From: Octopus sinensis
Lineage: Eukaryota
Assembly: GCF_006345805.1 (NCBI RefSeq)
Contig: NW_021835963.1
Location: 62,001 to 126,000, forward strand
DNA: 64,000 nt
Direction: 5' to 3'
Positions 54,870 to 64,000 of the stretch are shown here, in pieces. A model generated the notes under the pieces. That model was not told the origin of the DNA. It made no database searches and was given only the letters and a program-made list of their open reading frames with translations. A program made the translations under genes and the position numbers. Positions within the stretch are counted from its first letter, which is position 1. Every line of letters begins with the position of its first letter.

Positions 54870-55272
54870 TAATATGATATTGTTGTCAAAGATCATAAAG
54901 GAAAAATGCTTTCTAATTGACGTATCAATACCAGTAGATGTCAACGTGTCTCTAAAAGAAATGGAGAAACTTTCAAAATACAAGACCTAGAGGTAACTCG
55001 AATGTGGAATCTAAAAACAGAAACAATTCATATCATAGTAGGGGCATTAGGTATGATAAAAAAATATTCAGACAAATACATAACAAAAACACCAGGACTT
55101 ACAAACACATATAACATTCAGAAAATTGCACTACTGGGCACTGCACACATCCTACGCAAAACACTTTCAATACAGTAACCATCAGAGCATCACAGCAAAT
55201 TACATTACATACCCAAGACACACGGAGCTGTGCTCGGTGGTGAAATGAAAGCACGCTAAAAAAATAAAACTA

Positions 55273-55332
<60 letters not shown>

Positions 55333-56762
55333 TAATAATAATAATAATAACAACAACAATTGTTTCTACTGGAAGCACATGGAATCAAATTTCGAGGAAG
55401 GAATTAAGTTGATTAGATCGACCTCAGTGCGTTAATTGGTACTTATTTAATCGACTCTGAAAAGATGAAAGGCAAAGTCTACCTCGGCGACATTTTAACT
55501 CAGACCGTAAAGACAGACGAAATACCGCTAAGCATTTCGCCCTGCGAGCTAACGATTATAAGGATAATAATAATAATAATCCTTCCTGCTGAAGGCACAA
55601 GACCAGAATATTCTGGGGAAACGGTTTAGTCAAGTATATCAACCGCAGTTTTTAACTGGTATTTATCTTATTGAAACCGTAGGAATTAAAAAGCAAAATT
55701 GATCTAATAATGATAAGGCTAAAGTCAAGATCAAATAAACAGTGCGTGTGTTTAATTGGCAGAAGATGACCGTTTCCAAAACCTAACAATATATAAAAAT
55801 ATAAACGGGTATTCAGTACACAACTTGTCACACAACTCGTGTCAGTGAACAGGTCGCGGTTTCAAAGCGACGGAAATATTTTGGCAAATTAGATTTAAAT
55901 GTTGAAGTGAATCTAACGGTTTTTGTGTGTTTCTTAAATGGCTTATAAACACCTTCCACGCTGCAATTGTTTTCGTTCCAGTACGCGATCTCAGATCAGG
56001 CCGCTTGCTAGGCAAGTACATCTCCGTAATACACACACACACGCACACACATATATATATATATAAAGAGAGAGAGAGAGAGAGAGAGCAGTAAGAAAAT
56101 GGAGGGGATCAATAGGTGGTATTCATCAACTTTTAGACATTTTATTATGAGAATTTATTTATTTATGTACTAAACTGACAATTACAACAATATACATACA
56201 TGTATAACATATTATGCTTTACATATATAATATAGAGATAGCAATGCAAAGTATAAAACCCATCTCAATATGGCTAACCACAAAGTGGGGGGGGTAGCCA
56301 TATTGAGATGGCTTTTATACTTTACATTGTCGAGCGGTTACTGTTTACATCTCGTTCTGAGATTTAATAATGCATAGAGATAGCAGTTATTATTAAAATA
56401 TATAACATACAGAAATAGGAATTGGTGTGTGTGTGTATATATGTATTTACCTCCGATACAAAAGAGCTATATTTGTCGGAATCATAGCTATAACCATTGA
56501 TGCATTCCAGACTCTCGTTCTTGCTGCTGCCGTCCAAACTGTTTATATTATCTGGCATGATTCGTAGACAATTTCATGTGTTTCGTTGCTGCGATAACCA
56601 TATTCTTGCAATTGGGATATTTTCAATGGAGCACATTTTGCCTCTGGGATATACCCTAAATGAAAAAAAGAAAGAAATTTAAAAATAAAAGACAATATTT
56701 CGAAAGCAACAAACACATGTATCTACCTACATACATTAGTGCATGCACATATACATATCTAC

Positions 56763-56803
<41 letters not shown>

Positions 56804-57479
56804 TATATATATATACTCTCTTTACTCTTTACTCTTTACTCTTTTACTTGTTTCAGTCATTTGACTGCGGCCATGCTGGAGCACCGCCTTTAGTCGAGAA
56901 AATCGACCTCGGGACTTATTCTTTGTAAGCCTAGTACTTATTCTATCGGTGTCTTTTGCCGAACCGCTAAGTGACGGGGACGTAAACACACCAGCATCGG
57001 TTGTCAAGCAATGCTAGAGGGACAAACACAGACACACAAACATATACACACACATACATACATACATATACATATATACGACAGGCTTCTTTCAGTTTCC
57101 GTCTACCAAATCCACTCACAAGGCTTTGGTTGGCTCGGGGCTATAGCAAAAGACACTTGCCCAAGATGCCACGCAGTGGGACTGAACCCGGAAAAATGTG
57201 GTTAGTTACCACACAGCCACTCCTGCGCCTATATCTATATATAAATATAATATCGATTTTCGGGCGTTGGGTAGTTGCGCGTACGATAACTATGGCAGCC
57301 ACTGTCTCACTCAGTCATTTTCAAGTTGCATGAAAGAAAACAGTATTCAAAAGAAGAGAGAAAGGGAGTAAGAGAGAAGAGAGAAAGAGAGTAGGGGTGA
57401 AGAGAAATAGGAGTCGGAGCAAGAGAGGGGAGGTGGGTGGGAGGAAGTAGGAAGGAGGGGGAGAGAGGCAAGTGGAGGA

Positions 57480-57930
57480 GGTTAGATGAAGAGGGGAGGA
57501 GAGTTGAGCCCAAATGGCATAAAGGAGCGAATAGATAAGATTAATCCCCATTCAAGGAGCAAACGGGAGTCAGGATGGCCTCTGTGCAAAGACAATCCGA
57601 ACACGGACAGGTGTTGCAAAGAGTGACCGGTAGAGCGGAAATGGCGTGAGACCGGGGTGTCATTGCCGAGGCGGATGTCTCGGAGGTGTTCCGCGAACCG
57701 ATCAGCCAAGTAGATAATACCGTGATGACATTTTTGAACAACTACATATGATGTGGGTGATATCTTCAGTGTCATCTTCACAAAGCCTGCATCGGCTGTC
57801 CCATTTTACTGCTTTTCCTGCATCTCTGTCCCTTTTGTGCATCAGGTATTTGGTTGATATTTCTTGTTCCCGGATTGCAAACTCATACCCTTCAAAGTGG
57901 GAGGTAGTAATCCGATTGTTGGTCCGTGAT
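57480..57930 (-). mobile_element. Penelope-like GIY-YIG endonuclease fragment
   Basis: DRFAEHLRDI...PVSRHF..GHS...PFGLN. Confidence 0.8.
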
Positions 57931-57939
57931 AGACTGCTT

Positions 57940-59400
57940 AGATGATCAATGTTACTATCATCTCTGAGTTTTCTACTAACATATCCATATCCAAGTTTAG
58001 TCTGCTTATCCTTTCGTCTGATGATACGTTGCGGTGGAATCGTGCGACTTCTTTGTGCATGTATTTAAGGTTATCATATAAGGAATGCTGCTCAAGGAGC
58101 TGCTTTCCAAATATTATGATGTTATCAACCTCTTGTATGCAAACTTGGTCAAGGGATGCACTTTGACACTTGATTGTTAAAAAATGTTGCTCCAGGGCTA
58201 TGATATGACCTTCAAAGGCATTCTGGGTCGCTGTTAAGCCTCTGCCGCCTTGTTTTCGTTTTAGGTAGGGGCGATCTACGTCACTGTTTATGTGGAAATT
58301 ACGGGTGCTTTTTTAGTATTTTCCGCGTTTTCACATCAATGGCTCGGGTCTCATCAAGCGTCCAATCAAGTATCCCAAATGTTGGTATGAGTACTGGCAC
58401 TGCAAACACATTGTGGGCCACTGTTTTATTGAATGCAGAGAGTTCCGAGGTTCAAATTTCCTTTATTTGACTATAATATGCTTTAGTGACACATGTTTTG
58501 TTACAAGTAGTATTATAAGATCTGATTGATCCATCCCTAGATACCTGTAACATCCTTTATCAGATATAGAGGAAACAGTCCGGTCATTGACGGAGATGTT
58601 GCTAGTATGGTTTACACAACCATATAACAGCATTTTCACAACCATATACCAACATTTATTCTGATTAAACTCCAACCCTACATCCTTTAAGAATGTTGTG
58701 ACTGTGTCAAGGCTCTTTTTCATCTCATGCCTATTCTTTGCATATAATTTCAAGTCATCTACAAAAAAAACAGTGTGTAATTTTGGTATTTCTGTTTCCT
58801 TGTGAACCAGTGAGATACCCTTCAGACTTCCTTGGCATGAATGACAAGGGATTTATAGAAAGTATAAACAACATCATAGAGAGACTGTCCCCTTAGAATA
58901 TGCCTCTGAGATACTGTATTCTATCAGTGGTAATACAGTCATTCCTTGTGTAAAATTCAAGATGGTGGCCCACGGTGAAGTCAGGTCAGCGATGGCTTTG
59001 ATTATTTTCACTGGAACTTTAGCAAGTTGAAGGGCTTCTAGCATCCATGAGTATGGAACAGAGTCAAAGGCTTCCTTGTAGTCCAGCCACATAAGTTCCA
59101 CCTACGCTCTTGCACCTCTGACATCACAGTTTTGTTGATTATCAATCGCTCGGCACATCTCCAGACTCCCTTCTTTCCAGCTGCTTGTTCTACTGTGATG
59201 ATGCTATTGCTTTCACAATGGGCCTGGAAGAAGAGGTTTAAACATGCTGGATATATCTTATACATTAAATTCTGGCATGCAATTGGCCGGTAGCTTTTTG
59301 CTATGTGGGTGGCTCTCCATTTGGGATTAATTTAGTCTCTGCCAGGGCTAACCAGTGTGGTATGCTACTGTTCCCATTGAATGTTTGCTGGTACAGGTTG
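57940..59400 (-). mobile_element. R4/Dong-type LINE RT fragment (decayed)
   Basis: WLDYKEAFDSVPYSW, GDSLS..LF, VDDLKLYAK. Confidence 0.8.
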
Positions 59401-59534
59401 ATAAATATATATAAAAAAATTAATAAAAATTTTTTAAATTAAATAATTTAAATTTTGAATTTTATATTTTATATATTTTGTATATTATATTAATTAATTT
59501 TATTTCTATGTTTTGGTTTATGTTTTTCACTATC

Positions 59535-59600
<66 letters not shown>

Positions 59601-59955
59601 GAAAGTAAGAACGAGAATATTTACGAATATCTGCTTCGAAACTTATCGACTTGGAGGCTTACCCACCCAAATTATATGTTCCCATTTACGACAATAATTA
59701 TCGCTAAACACGGTAATGTTAGTAAATGTTAGTATGTCGAAAAGTTAAGGTTTTTCAGCCAAACAGAGTGACCGTCTTATACGTTCTCAGCAAATACAAT
59801 CTTTAAGCGGAAAAGTAAAAACATGCAAGGCTTTCCTGAAACGTGACTAATCACACTTACTGTGTGACTAGCGATGGATCTTTGCTCATGGGAAGTACCA
59901 GCTTATTCAAGGAATAATTTATAGAATTCGAAAAGGAAGATGACACAAGCACTTA

Positions 59956-60260
59956 TCTTTATATTTAAAACTAAAGTTGTGTGTGTGTATCTGTCTACTC
60001 CGATTTAGATTCCTAACTACTCCCACATTTTGCGGTGCAGTTTAACCAAAACCGGGTATCTTATAGTCGTCATTTCATATCAAGCCCTTCTGTGTATTAG
60101 CGCGCGTCTACGATGAGTCTACGATTTAAAAAAAATTTACCATCATTTTTCCGCAGTTTTTAATGATTTTTGCTCGGGTTATGTAAAGGAAGTAACTCTC
60201 TAAAATGCTTATACAGTTATTTCCCTTACAAACCCGAGCAACGCCGGGCGATACTGCTAG
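59956..60260 (+). mobile_element. Non-autonomous Helitron, ~305 bp
   Basis: A|TCTTTATA...CCCGAGCAACGCCGGGCGATACTGCTAG|T; same 3' end as 33571. Confidence 0.75.
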
Positions 60261-61899
60261 TACACATATACGAGGAAACATTTTCCTCAAAACTTCTTCT
60301 ACATGCAAACATTACAGGCCTTTTGTATTTATTTGGGACAGAGAGAAAAAATCATTTATAGTCATAGAGATTAAACTGCTTAATACATCTAACCATTTCT
60401 TTCAAGATCAGTGAAAAAAGAGTATTTATGGTCAATTGCTTCGAAACCTACAGCTTTTCTCCTTCGATTATAACATACCTTTATAAAAATTATTATTTTC
60501 AGGGCAGTTTATTATGTTACTCTTTACTCTTTTACTCTTTTACTTGTGTCAGTCATTTGACTGCGGCCATGCTGGAGCACTGCCTTTAGTCGAGCAAATC
60601 GACCCCAGGACTTATTCTTTGTAAGCCTAGTACTTATTCTATCGGTGTCTTTTTGCCGAACCGCTGAGTTACGAGGACGTAAACACACCAGCATCGGTTG
60701 TCAAGCGATGTTGGTGGGGGGGACAAACACAGACACACACACATATATATATATACATATACATATATACGACGGGCTTCTTTCAGTTTCCGTCTACCAA
60801 ATCCACTCACAAGGCATTGGTCGGCTCGAGGCTATAGTAGAAGACACTTGCCCAAAATGCCACGCTGTGGGACTGAACCCGAAACCATGTGGTTGGTAAG
60901 CAAGCTACTTACCACACAGCCACTCCTGCGCCTGTTAGTTAATGTCTAAGTTACAATCTGGAAATGCTAGAACTTCTGGACAGGAAAAGGGGACAGTTAA
61001 CTCGCAGTTTACAAGTATAATACGAACATATAGGTGGAACGGTAAAAAATATGCAAGATTTTACGGATAAATGTGCAACGGCCATCATTGCTGTTAGACT
61101 AATTCCAGCAATAGGACTTCGATTCTTTCTTGGAAAATAATCCCTTCCTTCTAGGAAGAATTCTGATAAATAACAAAGTTGTTATGCATGCATTAATACA
61201 TATGGATATACATTCAGACGTGGATTAATTAATGGTAGTCTTTCGCAACCCCAGAAAAAGGGTTCTGCAGCTTTTTGCTGAATAGGATGTACAAATGATT
61301 CGTTTATAGGGATCAAACTTTTGTGCTGTACTGTTGTAGCTTATCGACGTTGCCTCAACAAGTGCATAAGTGCCCCTGACATCGATTGTCGAAGTGAGCA
61401 GAGCAACCTAAAACGAGATGTTCAGCAACAGAGGCGCAGGAGTGGCTGTGTGGTAAGTAGCTTGCTAACCAACCACATGGTTCCGGGTTCAGTCCCACAT
61501 CGCGGCACCTTGGGCAAGTGTCTTCTACTATAGCCTCGGGCCGACCAATGCCTTGTGAGTGGATTTGGTAGACGGAAACTGAAAAGAAGCCCGTCGTATA
61601 TATATGTATATATATATATATATATACGTGTGTGTGTTTGTGTGTCTGTGTTTGTTCCTCTAGCATTGCTTGACAACCGATGCTGGTGTGTTTATGTCCC
61701 CGTTACTTAGCGGTTCGGCAAAGGAGACCGATAGAATAAGTACTGGGCTTACAAAGAATAAGTCCCGTGGTCGATCTGCTCGACTAAAGGCGATGCTCCA
61801 GCATGGCCGCAGTCAAATGACTGAAACAAGTAAAAGAATAAAAGAAAACAGTGCACCGTTCGGTACGACCGTAAGAGCAACGTCCTAACAACGAGGTCA

Positions 61900-62058
<159 letters not shown>

Positions 62059-62265
62059 CTAATCATTTTTCTAAATATATTCGACTGCTTTAACAGAAAC
62101 CGAAAACATGTTGCGTGACATAATTCCCGGGTCGGTGTTTCTGAAGAATGGAAATCTACTGCGCAGTAAAGAGTGGAACAGTTTTGATAACAAGGCGGCA
62201 CTTCTGATCAGCGCCGACTTGATTGCTAACCACCGCCACCACCATCTCTACTAACAACAACAACA

Positions 62266-62336
<71 letters not shown>

Positions 62337-64000
62337 TTAATAATAATAATAATAACAGCAACAAGAATGATAACATTATCAATGATATTTCAATAGTATT
62401 TGCAAAACGAGCTAGAATACTCTCAGACATATAAACTGACTTACCTATGAAAACTAACTTTAGTAAGCTGAGGGCATATGGGAAGAAGCTTAGGCCGCTG
62501 AGAACATATTGGGATATTTGGTAGGGCGCTTTCTCCTTCAGACTTATGAATAAAGAGTCAACATCGATCATTTTGGCAAGTTTGAAAGAGAAGGGAAAAA
62601 GAAATAAAGAAAGAAGAGAGAACGTTATATAGTTTTTGAAAGATCTAAATTGTTTCCTTCCGAGCTGCAGCTTGTGAAAGTATGAGTGATGCACAAATGA
62701 CTTTAATTTGGTTATTCTCGACACTGAATGTTATCAACTGAATCTGCATGTCTTGTGTCTTATCTCCGTGACAGCTGAAGATAACAGCCGTATGTTCAGA
62801 AATACTGTTACGATTGATATTCTTCTTCACGTCGTCTGGTAGTGTCTTCATTTCGCTTACAGTTTAAAAAATGTCAAATTAAAGCATTTTTACTTTTTTT
62901 ATATATATTTTATAATTTGTTTTTAATTCCGTAGAATCAATACACACACCCAAACATACACGCACATACACACACATATAGAAGTATACCATACATACAT
63001 ACATAAATAAATGCATACATTCACATATACATACATACACACACATACATACATGCATACATACATACATACGTACATACAAATGACACTCATGCATTTC
63101 TGTCGATATTCTGGTAATATGACCAACATCAAGAGATAATTAGAAGTCACAGCATTCTTACGAGTTATAGGAATGGCGGTTGGGCAAGAGAAATGCTCAT
63201 GCGTGATAGTCAACCGAGGAAAGATTGGCGACCAGGCAGGGAACATGTACATCAACGGTTCGTCTGTCTGTCTCCCCAATTTATAATGATCAAAGCTACA
63301 AGTTCCTCGGAATCGGTGAGAATGTTGCATGCATTGGTGCTGTGACTAAAGCCAGAATAACTAAAGAGTAATTCTGTAGACTTCGGAGAATATGGAACTC
63401 AGAGCTGTCTGCATTTAAACAAGACTATATATCACAATGCTTTTTGCAGCACCAGTGCCAGTACCACCATTTGGGACATTGGACTGGACACTCGACGAGT
63501 TACGTAGCCTGGACATCAACATCAGAAAGGTACTGACCACAACTGGCAACTTCCACATTAACAGCAACACCGATAGGATATATCATCATCATTGTTCGAC
63601 CGTGGTCGAGACAATGGAATTTACTGTTAAGCCAGACTTCACGGTCCATCATAGCATTACGGAGGTCCTGTTGCTGGATGCCTGTATCCCTGGAGATTAC
63701 ATCAGGGTAGGAGAGTGTGCGCCCTCTAGTGTCGCGAGCAGCTGGCTTCCAAAGGAGAAGAGTAGGATATATGTGAGATGAAGTGATGGCGGTAGAGGCA
63801 TAGGGTCAGTGCAAACAGTCTTTTAATTCTATCATTTAGACAACACCTGCTAAACAGTAAAGAAAGAAATGTGTATATACCATGCTTACTCAAAAATGAG
63901 AGCAAGAACATCTTCAGAGTTGGAGAAGAACTACTGAGCAAGTGATCTGAGAATTCAACTGTTTCACGCGACCCAAAGGAGCCTGGACTGGTCTACCTAA

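Overview
AT-rich, microsatellite- and retroelement-dense animal genomic DNA. The SINE families resemble those known from Octopus, so a cephalopod origin is inferred, not proven. The window is dominated by a giant inverted duplication (left arm at least 8253-~38090, right arm ~43770-64000 and running off the window, spacer ~5.7 kb). The left arm carries an intact 10-exon SLC22/MFS organic-ion transporter gene (9666-35938, +, 548 aa, all GT-AG, phases consistent). The right arm carries a tail-to-tail copy (62571-45953, -) broken by a 1-bp frameshift in exon 2 and a 10,655-bp microhomology deletion removing exons 6-9. Arm comparison shows patchy divergence and a 3.7-kb SINE-SINE recombination deletion. 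Several (TA)n-embedded Penelope-like elements (Neptune type) form inverted structures with a conserved 36-nt tail and a minimal hammerhead ribozyme motif with a U3-A8 variant core. Further hammerhead motifs, Dong/R4, RTE and CR1 LINE fragments, mariner and Helitron remnants are present. No rRNA, true tRNA or CRISPR array was found. All alignments and counts were done by eye; repeat boundaries are approximate unless a junction sequence is quoted.
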